64,000 bases of DNA from Candidatus Ozemobacteraceae bacterium (lineage in GTDB: Bacteria; Muiribacteriota; Ozemobacteria; Ozemobacterales; Ozemobacteraceae): assembly GCA_965140445.1 (NCBI GenBank), contig OZ223236.1:3488001-3552000 (forward strand), given 5' to 3'. A model generated the notes under the pieces. The model did not search any database. It was not told the origin of the DNA and was given only the letters and a program-made list of their open reading frames with translations. Positions 10,665 to 20,812 of this stretch are shown here, piece by piece; positions within the stretch are counted from its first letter, which is position 1, and every line of letters begins with the position of its first letter. The position numbers and the translations under genes are program-made.

Positions 10665-10716
10665 CCAATTCCCCAGCGGAGGAGTTTTCGCCGTATATTT
10701 TGGGAAGGGAGTCATT

Positions 10717-12654
10717 ATGAATTACAAAATTTTACTTATAAACCCTGATCACAAAGCATTAAGTAAAGAGTCAAAGGCTCTCTCAGCTAGAAGTTTCAAG
10801 GTGATAACCGCCTCTGACGTAGAATCGGCAAGTGACTTCCTTCGCGATGATGGTCTTATTCACGTTATTCTAACCGAATGGGAAGTGCCTGTTGCAGCTG
10901 ATAGCAAGATCAGTCTAAAAGGCCCCGAGTTGTTTTCCGAACTTTTGATGATCAGGGATGAAGTTAATGTTTTCTTATTTACGGATAGCCCTGAAATACA
11001 GCATTTTTCTTCAGGCGGAAATTTAAATGGTTACTTTTTTAAGGGCGACCATGATTATGATGATATCGCCAGGAAAATCAAGGCTGAGGTAGTTAATAGC
11101 AAAAATCGAGCCCCGTTTTTTGATAAACTCATGGAATATGCTTTGAAATCAAAAGATAGCTGGCACACCCCTGGTCACGCTTCGGGCTATTCAGTGAAAA
11201 ATTCTGTCTGGGTTAAGGATTTTTATGATTTTTTCGGTCCAAATTTATTCAGATCGGATGTTTCCGTTTCTGTTCCAGGACTGGATTCATTGCTTCATCC
11301 CACCGGAGTTATTCAGGAGGCGCAGGAACTCGCCGCAAGAGCATTTAGTGCAAGATATACATTTTTCTCAACCAATGGCACCAGCACATCAAACAAAATT
11401 TTGCTCCAAACTTTGTTAAAACCGGGCGATGCTATTTTACTTGATAGAAATTGCCATAAATCCGTACACTACGGAACCATAATCGCTGGAGCCGAGCCAA
11501 TTTTCCTGCTTCCATCAGTAAATGATGAATTTGGAATTTTTGGACCTGTCCCAAAGAAACGAATTTATGAAACAATGGACAAAGCCATTGCTGCCGGGAA
11601 AAAGGTTAAGGCCATAATTTTAACAAACTGCACCTATGATGGATTAATCTATGACATCGCGGACGTGGTTAAGCAAGCCCATAAAAGAAATATCAAAGTA
11701 ATAGTCGACGAAGCCTGGTTTGGATATGCAAGATTTCATCCTGAATTCTATCCATGCGCAATGGAAGCTGGCGCCGATTACTCGACACAATCTACCCATA
11801 AAACCATGAGCGCATTCAGTCAGGCTTCAATGATCCATGTAAATGATCCGGATTTTGAAGAATTTCGTGATTTCTTTATTGAAAATCTCAATATTCATTC
11901 CAGCACTTCTCCGCAATATCCTATGATAGCATCACTGGATGTAGCTCGCAGACAGATGTCTATGGAAGGTTATTCACTGTTATCCAGAAGCTTAAAACTT
12001 TCTGAAACTTTAAAGAAGAGCATAAACAGCCTTGCCAAATTCAGAGTTCTTGAGTTGGAAGATTTAATTTCAGAAGAAGTTAAAGGCGACAAGATTCGTC
12101 TGGACCCGACAAAATTAACCATAGATTGTTCAAAAACAGGTTTAACAAGCAAAGAAGTAGAACACCATCTTCTTGAAAAACATAATATTCAGATTGAAAA
12201 AACCACTTTTAATACTATTACTGTTTTAATAACTATTGGAGCAACCCAATCAAAGCTGAATAGACTATTTCTTGCTCTTGAAAACATCGAAAAAATGAGT
12301 GGAACCAGAAGAGCAAAATCGGGGGGAACACCAAAAAAACATCGTTTGAGTCTTTCTCCGATGAGGTTTATGCCCAGGTTTGCCTTTTATTGTGATGGGG
12401 AAAAAGTTCCTTTAAGAGAATCTACAGGCAAAATTGCAGCCGCAATGATAACGCCATACCCTCCAGGAATCCCACTGCTGGTTCCAGGGCAGCTCATTAG
12501 CGAAGAAATTGTTGAAATATTGATGGATTACCGGGATTATCAAGTAGAGATTCACGGATTGCATGGAGGTCAAATTAAGGTTCTAACCCCGGAAGAGGTA
12601 GCAGAACTTACAGAAGCCGGCCATGGAATTGAGGATTTAAGCGAGATAAAATAA
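10717..12654 (+). CDS. Orn/Lys/Arg decarboxylase (PLP, fold type I) with N-terminal REC-like wing domain
   Basis: WHTPGH, NGTSTSNK, DRNCHKS, DEAWF, QSTHK (PLP lysine), STSPQY, PYPPGIP. Confidence 0.92.
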   Translation: MNYKILLINPDHKALSKESKALSARSFKVITASDVESASDFLRDDGLIHVILTEWEVPVAADSKISLKGPELFSELLMIRDEVNVFLFTDSPEIQHFSSGGNLNGYFFKGDHDYDDIARKIKAEVVNSKNRAPFFDKLMEYALKSKDSWHTPGHASGYSVKNSVWVKDFYDFFGPNLFRSDVSVSVPGLDSLLHPTGVIQEAQELAARAFSARYTFFSTNGTSTSNKILLQTLLKPGDAILLDRNCHKSVHYGTIIAGAEPIFLLPSVNDEFGIFGPVPKKRIYETMDKAIAAGKKVKAIILTNCTYDGLIYDIADVVKQAHKRNIKVIVDEAWFGYARFHPEFYPCAMEAGADYSTQSTHKTMSAFSQASMIHVNDPDFEEFRDFFIENLNIHSSTSPQYPMIASLDVARRQMSMEGYSLLSRSLKLSETLKKSINSLAKFRVLELEDLISEEVKGDKIRLDPTKLTIDCSKTGLTSKEVEHHLLEKHNIQIEKTTFNTITVLITIGATQSKLNRLFLALENIEKMSGTRRAKSGGTPKKHRLSLSPMRFMPRFAFYCDGEKVPLRESTGKIAAAMITPYPPGIPLLVPGQLISEEIVEILMDYRDYQVEIHGLHGGQIKVLTPEEVAELTEAGHGIEDLSEIK

Positions 12655-14256
12655 ATGGAATCAAATGGATTCATATGTTTGGTTCCTGCCTTTGTAACCA
12701 TTCTTATAGCCATAACTACTCACCGGGTAGCCACAGCTGTTTTTTTCGGGATTGTAAGTGCAGCATTTGTAAAAGTTGGTGGATTTTCTTCCTCTGCTGT
12801 TGAGCTAATATTTGAATACCTGAAGCTTTCATTTACAAATATTGAGAGACTAAAAATCTGTGCTTTCCTTATTTTTGTTGGCTTTACCATTGATTTAATT
12901 GATGTTTCCGGTGGATATAAAGCCTTTTCGAAATGGATATCAAGGTATTTAACCTCAGCTCGTAAAACCAGAGTTACTACTTTTCTTTTAAGTCTATGTT
13001 TCTTTGTTGACGACTATGCAAATGTTCTTGTTTGTGGTGCTTCAATGAGAGGAATGGCTAAACCGCATAATATTTCTCCGGCATTGCTTGCATATTTAGT
13101 GGATAGAACCGCAACTGTCGCTTCAATTATTGTGATTTCAACCTGGGCAGCTTTTGAAAGTTCAATAATGATCGGTGCAGCTGAAAATGTAAATTTGAGC
13201 AAAAATGCGTCAGAATTTTTTTTCGCCACACTTCCTTTTCATATTTCCACTTATCTAGGTCTGTTGCTTGTAATTTATACAGCCTGGCAGGGGAAATGGT
13301 TTGGAGCTTACTTTGACAAAGGAGAGGGTTTCGATTCATTATCCAAAAATTCAGTAAACAAAGATTCGGCAAACAAAGAGTCTAAAACTGATAAAGTTGC
13401 TACAATAAAAACACCAACAACCGAGAAAGATAAACACGCTGGATCAGTCGCGAACCTGATTACCCCAATTTTAGTTCTTGTAACAACTGGCAGCCTGCTA
13501 TTTTGCTATTTTTCAATTTCGACATACTTTAAAGCAGCAATAAAACCAACGCTATTAAATGTGTTGGGTGAATTACCTACCGTTAAAATCCTTATTTTTT
13601 CAAGCATTATGGGTTGGTTATCTTCATTATTTTTGATCAAAAAGGCTGATAAACTGCCAATTTCAAAAGTTTTAATGGCACACAAATCTGGCTTCTTAAA
13701 AATGGTATCACCTGCAATGGTTATAATCCTTGCAAAAGGTCTATCAGTGGCAAGCTCTCAAATAGGCGTAGGAAACTTTATCTCGGTGGGAATTGGTAAA
13801 TATCTTATTGTAGAACTCATACCCGCCGCTGTCTTTTTAATTTCTTTGCTAATAACTGTTGCAACAGGTTTTAGCTGGAGTTCTATGGTTATTGTTATGC
13901 CAATTGCATTTGAACTTGGTGTCTCAAATGTATTTCCCGGAAAGCTTCCAATCGTTGCAGGAGCTGTTATTTCAGGTGCAATTAGCGGTGCTCTAATGGT
14001 TCCATACTCTGACAAAACGGTTTTAACTGCCGCCGCTTTTAACATTTCACCAATGTATCATGCTAAAACTCAATTCATTCAAGCCATTATAACTACAGTT
14101 GCCACAATGCTTTTCTATCTCTTTTACGGATATGGAAAAGGATATAACCTATCGCTTTTTGCCGGAATAATTTTCATTACTCTTCTTCAATTGGCTTTTG
14201 CCAAAAAAGATAAGCTTGTTGTTTATGATGGGAATCAAAAACAAAATTGGCGCTGA
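12655..14256 (+). CDS. NhaC-family transporter (Na+/H+ antiporter or amino-acid antiporter)
   Basis: About 12 TM segments; FFVDDYAN, LAYLVD, ATGFSW, P.SD.T motifs; starts immediately after the decarboxylase stop. Confidence 0.8.
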   Translation: MESNGFICLVPAFVTILIAITTHRVATAVFFGIVSAAFVKVGGFSSSAVELIFEYLKLSFTNIERLKICAFLIFVGFTIDLIDVSGGYKAFSKWISRYLTSARKTRVTTFLLSLCFFVDDYANVLVCGASMRGMAKPHNISPALLAYLVDRTATVASIIVISTWAAFESSIMIGAAENVNLSKNASEFFFATLPFHISTYLGLLLVIYTAWQGKWFGAYFDKGEGFDSLSKNSVNKDSANKESKTDKVATIKTPTTEKDKHAGSVANLITPILVLVTTGSLLFCYFSISTYFKAAIKPTLLNVLGELPTVKILIFSSIMGWLSSLFLIKKADKLPISKVLMAHKSGFLKMVSPAMVIILAKGLSVASSQIGVGNFISVGIGKYLIVELIPAAVFLISLLITVATGFSWSSMVIVMPIAFELGVSNVFPGKLPIVAGAVISGAISGALMVPYSDKTVLTAAAFNISPMYHAKTQFIQAIITTVATMLFYLFYGYGKGYNLSLFAGIIFITLLQLAFAKKDKLVVYDGNQKQNWR

Positions 14257-14304
14257 ATCATTTCTATTTAAACGCCAACTAATGTTTCCGAATTTGAGAA
14301 AAGC

Positions 14305-15627
14305 TTAACTTTTCGGCTCTGTGGTTAATTCACTTTGATCATCTTTTTTCCCGAAATGATCAATAACAACAGCGGCAGTACAATCTCCCCACACGTTTAC
14401 TGTGGTTCTAAATTGATCCAGAATTCGATCAATAGCCAGGATTAGTCCAATCCCATCGAGAGGCAATCCTACAGCGGCCAAAACAATGCCCATAGTTACC
14501 AGACCCGCTCCTGGAATAGCGGCTGCACCAATTCCGGCTAATGTTGCGGTAAAAAATATAATAACCTGAGATCCAAGAGTTAAATTAAAGCCCAGAATTT
14601 CTGCGATAAAAATAACTGCAACAGACTCATAAAGAGCCGTTCCATCCATGTTAATTGTTGCCCCAAGTGGTAAAACAAAATCTCTGGTTTTTTTCTGGAC
14701 TCCACTTTTTTCGAGACAATTCATGGTCATGGGAAGGGTTGCTGCGGATGATGCAGTCGACCAGGCAGTTAGCAATGCTGGCAAAACTTCCTTCATCAGT
14801 CTGAAAGGATTCTGCTTTGCAATAATCAGAACCAGTAAAGGAAGAACAACCATAGAATGAATTAATAGCCCAAGAACCACAGTAAATGCGTATTTCCCGA
14901 GAGCAAGAAGTGCTGCAACGCCTAATTCAGTAAAAATCTTTGCAACAAGGAAAAAAATGAAATAGGGTGACACTTCCATAACTATTGATACAGCTTTTTG
15001 CATCATAAGATCTATGTCGCCTATAAAGTCATTTATTACCGCAATACCTTCCTCTTTTTTAAATGTCGTTCCGACAATGGCAAGGAAAAGACTGAAAAAG
15101 ATAATCTGCAATATGTCTCCCCGGGCAAGCGAATCAAAGAAATTTTTCGGAATCATCTCAATCAAAGTATCAAGAATAATAAGGGTTGCGCTCTTTGTCC
15201 CAACTTGTTGAGCAGAAACTTTATCTGGTACTTGAAGAGAAATTCCAGCGTTTTTTAGTGTTTCCGGGAGCATCCCCTTACCGGGATGTGTCAGGTTAAC
15301 CAGAAAAATACCAAGCAAGACAGCCAGGCCAGTAGTTAACAAATAGTAACTTATGGTTCTGACCCCAACACGACCCAACTCTTTCAGGTCTCCAAGGTTT
15401 ATTACCGCCATATAAATTGAAGCAAAAACCAAAGGAGCAATAAGCATCCTTAAGAGCCTCACAAAGATATCGCCACCATATTTGAAAAAAGTAAGTAATC
15501 CTAATAAAACGCCTTTATCAAGCGAATCTGAGAAAAACTTATTTAATACAATTCCTAAAATGGCACCTGCAATAATGCCTAAAAGAATTTTCCATTGTAG
15601 ATCAAGATTTTTCCATTTCTGTAACAT
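14305..15627 (-). CDS. Dicarboxylate/amino acid:cation symporter (DAACS, GltP-like)
   Basis: TASSAATLP, LGATINMDGTALY, AIDRILDQFRTTVNVWGD. Confidence 0.93.
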   Translation of the reverse strand: MLQKWKNLDLQWKILLGIIAGAILGIVLNKFFSDSLDKGVLLGLLTFFKYGGDIFVRLLRMLIAPLVFASIYMAVINLGDLKELGRVGVRTISYYLLTTGLAVLLGIFLVNLTHPGKGMLPETLKNAGISLQVPDKVSAQQVGTKSATLIILDTLIEMIPKNFFDSLARGDILQIIFFSLFLAIVGTTFKKEEGIAVINDFIGDIDLMMQKAVSIVMEVSPYFIFFLVAKIFTELGVAALLALGKYAFTVVLGLLIHSMVVLPLLVLIIAKQNPFRLMKEVLPALLTAWSTASSAATLPMTMNCLEKSGVQKKTRDFVLPLGATINMDGTALYESVAVIFIAEILGFNLTLGSQVIIFFTATLAGIGAAAIPGAGLVTMGIVLAAVGLPLDGIGLILAIDRILDQFRTTVNVWGDCTAAVVIDHFGKKDDQSELTTEPKS

Positions 15628-15763
15628 AATGCTATTTCTCCATTCAGTTGGGTAGAAACTATATTAAAATAACAAAAAACTCAACCGCAATGGCCTCCTT
15701 ATTACAAAATTCTCTTTTTTCTGATAGTATCAGAAGTGAATAGATAAAGAATCGGGTTAGACG

Positions 15764-17368
15764 TTGGATTTAAAAGCTGTAAAAACTAAATTAGCTGCCT
15801 TTTCCTCCAGGCAAAGCTTTAAGCTTTGCTTAGGGTTGTGGGTTTTAATTGGATTAGTTGATTTACTTGGTTTATTGATTTTTGGAAAAATTTTCCATGA
15901 GTTTCGGGGAATTCTAAATTTTGCCGCTCTTCTAATTTTGGTAACAGAAATTGAGGAAACCTTTTTCTTATGGGGAATTTTTGTTCTGATACCAAATTCC
16001 ATTTTTTTGTTTTTACTAAGCTTTAAATTTCATGTTTTTGGAGCTTTCCTGCGAGAAATGTTTTTTGGAACGACTTCGATAGCTCTTGTTCAAGGTTTCC
16101 ATAATCTTTTTTATTCAAAGTTTATATCTGAAAATGTTTACAACTCATTAAAAAAGGATTTAAAAGAACACCAGCAAAATAGCTTCCAGTCAATTCTTCA
16201 CTTTAGTTTAATAGGTTGTACAAAGGAACGAAACAAGGTCTTAAAGCAGGCTTATCACGTCCTTGAAAATTCTTTCCACACAGACAAATCTCTTATATTT
16301 ATTGCGGATTATTCTAATAATTGCCTTATACCAGCATATAAACCCGGGGAACAACCATCCAGTAAAATTGCACCAATCCTTGTTTCACCAGATTTTTGGA
16401 CCAAGCATGCAATAGCTCCAGACAAGGGATTAATGGGCGTTATCTCTGGAAATTCCAGACCAGAAACTCTAAAGCGACTTATTCCCGGAGCTGAACTTGA
16501 TGCTATTGCAGTAATGCCTCTTAGTAGTGAAGGCAAAGTTATTGGTTTGCTAACTGTTATAAAGCAAAGACCAGAAAATAGAAAATATCTGGACCCTGGT
16601 CTGTTTGCCACCTTTGGTTATGTATTAGCTTCGGCATTAGATAACTGTGAAGCCCATGAACTCAAGGTTAAATTATTAGACACCGCAAATCAGGAAAAAA
16701 ATCAAATACAAACAGCATTTGGAAAGTATGTTTCTTCTTCTGTTGTTGAAGAACTTGTTAATTCTAACGATATGGCTGTTCTTGGAGGAAAAAAACGAAA
16801 GGTTTCTATTATGATGGTAGACCTGCGAGGTTTTACCTTGTTAGCCAATCAAATTCAAATAGAACAACTGGTAAAAATTCTTAATTACTGGTTAGAAAAA
16901 GCCAGCCAATTAATTCTTGGAAGTTACGGAACCATCGATAAATTCATGGGTGATGGAATCATGGTAATTTTCGGTGCCCCAATAGAAAAACCGGATGACG
17001 TTTTAAGAAGCGTATATACCGCTTTTCGTTTGCAGGTTAAGTTTAATGAGTTTTTTCAGGAAGTGTCTCCATTGTTAGGGCAACGACCTTTGGGACTAGG
17101 TATTTCCATTGCTACCGGAGAAGCTATTGTTGGAAATTTTGGTTCAAGCAATAGGATGGAATACACAGCAATTGGGGATGTTGTTAATCTGGCTTCAAGA
17201 CTTGAAAAACTTGCAGGAGCGGGAGAAATAGTGGTCGACCAGAATACCTTTTCCCAATTACCTCAATTTCGTTTTAAATATACGCAATATGATGATGTAC
17301 AGGTAAAAGGACTAGGTAATCAAAGTATCTTCAAGCTTCACGAAGTGCTAAGAACAAATGCGCAATAG
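15764..17368 (+). CDS. Membrane-anchored GAF-domain class III adenylate cyclase
   Basis: N-terminal TMs, GAF-like (AVMPL..GKVIGLL), DLRGFT, DKFMGDG, YTAIGDVVNLASRL (Lys/Thr indicate ATP specificity, class IIIb). Confidence 0.88.
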   Translation: MDLKAVKTKLAAFSSRQSFKLCLGLWVLIGLVDLLGLLIFGKIFHEFRGILNFAALLILVTEIEETFFLWGIFVLIPNSIFLFLLSFKFHVFGAFLREMFFGTTSIALVQGFHNLFYSKFISENVYNSLKKDLKEHQQNSFQSILHFSLIGCTKERNKVLKQAYHVLENSFHTDKSLIFIADYSNNCLIPAYKPGEQPSSKIAPILVSPDFWTKHAIAPDKGLMGVISGNSRPETLKRLIPGAELDAIAVMPLSSEGKVIGLLTVIKQRPENRKYLDPGLFATFGYVLASALDNCEAHELKVKLLDTANQEKNQIQTAFGKYVSSSVVEELVNSNDMAVLGGKKRKVSIMMVDLRGFTLLANQIQIEQLVKILNYWLEKASQLILGSYGTIDKFMGDGIMVIFGAPIEKPDDVLRSVYTAFRLQVKFNEFFQEVSPLLGQRPLGLGISIATGEAIVGNFGSSNRMEYTAIGDVVNLASRLEKLAGAGEIVVDQNTFSQLPQFRFKYTQYDDVQVKGLGNQSIFKLHEVLRTNAQ

Positions 17369-17371
17369 TTT

Positions 17372-17719
17372 CTAGTCTTTAATTCTTTTTACAATCTGGG
17401 TTATGATTTTTCTCACGTAATTGCACTCGCAATCAACGTTACAATCATCAAAATTAGAACTGTCCTTGCAATATCCAGGGCATTCTTTAGAACCCATTTT
17501 ATTTATGTAGCTTTTCTCATCTTGATACAGGTCTTTAAAGAATGAAACCTCAATTGCCGAAGAAGTCTGACATTCTTTGTGTAAAAAAATAAAATAACCG
17601 TTATCCAGATAATCAAGGTTTATATTGTATCCAGTTATTCTCACTTGAGAGTCATTAACAAATAAATCTCTGCTCACCCATTCTTTTTTACAGCCAGCGC
17701 AAGTTGTAAAAATTTCCAT
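17372..17719 (-). CDS. Small Cys-rich hypothetical protein (possible Zn or Fe-S binder)
   Basis: 115 aa; CxxC, HxxC, CPGYC, CxxxCxC; SD AGAGG. Confidence 0.75.
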   Translation of the reverse strand: MEIFTTCAGCKKEWVSRDLFVNDSQVRITGYNINLDYLDNGYFIFLHKECQTSSAIEVSFFKDLYQDEKSYINKMGSKECPGYCKDSSNFDDCNVDCECNYVRKIITQIVKRIKD

Positions 17720-17748
17720 TCTAACCTCTTTTATTTAACTATATTACT

Positions 17749-18219
17749 TTACACTGTATTACATTCTTTTACTAGACTTCCAGCTTCAATTTTTCCTGAT
17801 TGGATTATATCCGCTCGTAGCCCGCCGCAATCCAAAAGAAAATCATACATTCTTTTTGCTGTTTCTTCTGTTTTACCTAATTCCATGCATAGTTCCATGC
17901 AGGGAAAACAAAGTTCTATTCCTTTACAAAGAGCCTCTCCAACTTGGAACTCTCTGCCTGTTAAATGATTTAAATCAATTTTTTCAGTTACAATATTTCT
18001 CTTTAAAATACTCAAATCTAATGGAAGATTAAATTGTTTACAAAACTTTTCTATGGCTTCTTTTTCAACCAGGGAAAGTTGCCACCCTTTGTAGTTTTTG
18101 CAGGAACCAAAATATCTATCCCCTTCTAATCCCATATTCTTGACGGCCAAAACTTTTTTTGTTTCTACCCTGGCTTGTTTATCTAAGTCTGCTAGATAAA
18201 TCTTATTAATTTTGCCCAT
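17749..18219 (-). CDS. MOSC domain protein
   Basis: GLEGDRY, RNIVT..IDL..L.G..F.VG, C.PC, GGLRA.I...G.I..G. Confidence 0.85.
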   Translation of the reverse strand: MGKINKIYLADLDKQARVETKKVLAVKNMGLEGDRYFGSCKNYKGWQLSLVEKEAIEKFCKQFNLPLDLSILKRNIVTEKIDLNHLTGREFQVGEALCKGIELCFPCMELCMELGKTEETAKRMYDFLLDCGGLRADIIQSGKIEAGSLVKECNTV

Positions 18220-19543
18220 TGGTACTCTCCAACAAAATTAAACTGGAATCTTTTCCCGGATTGGAAATCCCGGTTAATGCCTTCCACAAAATAAATCCTC
18301 CGATACCACCGACAAATCCTTGCACCGCATTAGGCAGCAAAGCAGCAAAGGCAGCACCAATATCAGTAATTGCAAAGGCTGGAATGTATTTTCCCAATTC
18401 AGGATAGAAATAGGCTTCAAACAAAAAGTAACCAAGAACCATAAAAAAACTACCCACAATAGCGCCTAAGATCTTTCTATAAACATTCTTGCTGTTGGAA
18501 CCACCAGAAATAGCTCCGGCTATATAGCCTTCGAATCCTTTAATAATAAAAGTAGCTGGGATATAAACAGGATAACCTATGGCATCAGCAATTGCAGGGC
18601 CAAAAGCTCCGACCAGCAACCCAGGAATTGGACCAAGCCAGATCCCTGCGAGAATTACAAAAATATCGCCAATATTAAAGTATCCTCCTGTTACGGGAAT
18701 TGGAATCTTGATTAAAAGCGTACTCAAAGTTGCAAGTCCTGTTAATGCTGCAACCATAGCTGTAGCTGTAAAATCCCAATTCCTTTTTATAGAAACCTGA
18801 TTTGGATTTTCAACTTTTTCTAATAGTTCAATTTCTTCTACCATTACTGGGAGTGGCTCGAAACTATGCATTATACAAGCATACATCCAGGCAGAAATAC
18901 TTGAGTAAAGCCACCTGAATAGAAATACTGGACTAGTCACAAATGACTGAAATGGTCTATGCCTTGGATAAAAAACCTCTGGATTCTCTTCAAGCCAGTA
19001 ATCATAGAGTTTAAATACTGTTTCACCAACATGTTGAAAAACACGTAAGGTAAGAGCAAAATGAAATCCGAGAATGCGGAACCGCCCCTTGAGTTTGAGA
19101 CTTTTTTCCACAAGAAGCTTTGGTGAAAAGCCATTTACAAAAAGCAGTGAAAATGGAACAACTGAAAGTATAGTGAAAAAAAGACGAACCATCTTTTCTA
19201 TTGTCTCGGAGGTACTTTGTCCTGAGGCTAAAGCTGGCAAAATAAGCCTGGCCAATGTGCCAAAAATTGCTGTTGAGCTGCCCAAAAAAAGCCCGACGCC
19301 AAAAATTTGCAGTCCTTTTTTTCTACCAAAGTTTATTATAACAATTGCGAGAATTAGAATTGAATAAATTGCCCATAAAATAGTAAGAGACTGCCCGTTT
19401 GATAATGGTTCTAAAATCTGGGAATTCGAAAGTGCAGAGATGGGCCATCCAGAAATCAGGGGCAATCCTAGAATGAAAAAGAAAAAAGCCTTTGAAAATA
19501 AGCCGGGCAATTTTCTTACAAGAAAAAGTTCAGTAAACTTCAA
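18206..19543 (-). CDS. ECF transporter S component fused to an N-terminal EcfT-like membrane domain
   Basis: C-terminal IPIPVTGGYFNIGD...GP..G..VG..G.AIAD...P.TFIIKG.EG is an HmpT/PdxU-type S component; N-terminal ~250 aa has 4-5 TMs and an ALTLRVF motif resembling EcfT. Confidence 0.72.
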   Translation of the reverse strand: MKFTELFLVRKLPGLFSKAFFFFILGLPLISGWPISALSNSQILEPLSNGQSLTILWAIYSILILAIVIINFGRKKGLQIFGVGLFLGSSTAIFGTLARLILPALASGQSTSETIEKMVRLFFTILSVVPFSLLFVNGFSPKLLVEKSLKLKGRFRILGFHFALTLRVFQHVGETVFKLYDYWLEENPEVFYPRHRPFQSFVTSPVFLFRWLYSSISAWMYACIMHSFEPLPVMVEEIELLEKVENPNQVSIKRNWDFTATAMVAALTGLATLSTLLIKIPIPVTGGYFNIGDIFVILAGIWLGPIPGLLVGAFGPAIADAIGYPVYIPATFIIKGFEGYIAGAISGGSNSKNVYRKILGAIVGSFFMVLGYFLFEAYFYPELGKYIPAFAITDIGAAFAALLPNAVQGFVGGIGGFILWKALTGISNPGKDSSLILLESTNGQN

Positions 19544-20798
19544 TTTCTACCCCCACAAAACCATCTTCTGTTCTATGTAACTTAATTTCTGATTTGCAAA
19601 TTTGCCTGAGAACAGCAACCTGGTGAGAAATAATAATGATTGAAGTTTTAATTTCATTTGAAACATTTAGAACCGTCAGTAGAAAATTGATCCCATTTTC
19701 AAAACTAAAACCCCACCCAGGTTCATCAAGGATTAAAAAGTCAGGGTCACTTGCAAGTCTTTCCGCAATTAGAAGGAACTTAGCAGTGGCAATTGAATCT
19801 AGTTCATCTTTATCGATTTTATCAAGATATGCATTTTTAAGTTTAAAAAAAAGATTCTTTGCTTTCTCTTTCAAGGTTTCGTCAAACTGAAATGCCCAGC
19901 AAAGGTGTTCTTGAGGTGATTTTCCAAAGAGTTGTTTTATTGAACTTTGAAAGACCAGCCGTGTTTCAGCTTTTTCTGTAAAGTTAACGCCTGCTCCTTC
20001 GCCTTTTATTATTCCAGCAAGTTTTTTTACAAAAGTGCTTTTACCTATGCCATTTTCACCAGTTATCAAGGTTGGGGAAATCAACTGTTTTGCTTGACCT
20101 GCTTCAAGCTTAAATTGCAATGTTTTCTCCGGAAAATAGACTGGAAAATGAACCTCAGGAAAACAGACTAAAGAACTGCCTTCAGACAGTTGCCATAGAT
20201 TTTTTTTTACAGCCTGGTTCAAAGTAATGTTCATCGGATCAGGCTTTCGCCCAGGATACTTTTCATTCTGAAGCAAATAAACTTCAACAGTTTTTTGATT
20301 ACTGACAAATTCTTTAACCAATTTTTCCCAAAAAGGAAAAGCAACTTGATTAAGCCAATACACAGGACTACACGCAATCAAGCATTGAGAAATTTTTGCC
20401 ATGATTGAAGATCTGGCAAAATTTAACAAAAGAAGTTCTCCACCTGAATAGGTCATAACTGGCTGATTTAGCATTTCTGGTCTAAGTCCATATTCTTCCA
20501 GTTTTTTTGTTATATCTTGCTCAGAGTAATTTTCTTTTCCAGAAATTCTAAAGGCAGAACCAAGAATTTCATTGGCATTTGGTAAAGCCAACCCCTGTAT
20601 TGGGTCTGGAAAAATCTTTGCATTTATTTCTTGTGGTGAATTGGCTTTATTTGCATTACTTAGCCAATAAGAAAATTCTGAGAAAAAATCAGTTTTTCCT
20701 TTGGAAATTTCAGGAACAACTGCCCCAGTCCGGTTTTTATAGGCTTCTACCATTTTAGAAAAGGTAGGAAACTCCTTTAAAGTTACTCTGTTTTCCAT
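19530..20798 (-). CDS. ABC ATPase with two partly degenerate NBDs (ECF-type)
   Basis: NBD1 keeps YSGGE; NBD2 keeps GENGIGKST, LILDEP and ISH; overlaps the ECF membrane gene. Confidence 0.75.
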   Translation of the reverse strand: MENRVTLKEFPTFSKMVEAYKNRTGAVVPEISKGKTDFFSEFSYWLSNANKANSPQEINAKIFPDPIQGLALPNANEILGSAFRISGKENYSEQDITKKLEEYGLRPEMLNQPVMTYSGGELLLLNFARSSIMAKISQCLIACSPVYWLNQVAFPFWEKLVKEFVSNQKTVEVYLLQNEKYPGRKPDPMNITLNQAVKKNLWQLSEGSSLVCFPEVHFPVYFPEKTLQFKLEAGQAKQLISPTLITGENGIGKSTFVKKLAGIIKGEGAGVNFTEKAETRLVFQSSIKQLFGKSPQEHLCWAFQFDETLKEKAKNLFFKLKNAYLDKIDKDELDSIATAKFLLIAERLASDPDFLILDEPGWGFSFENGINFLLTVLNVSNEIKTSIIIISHQVAVLRQICKSEIKLHRTEDGFVGVEIEVY

Positions 20799-20812
20799 TT
20801 TATTACTTAAAT

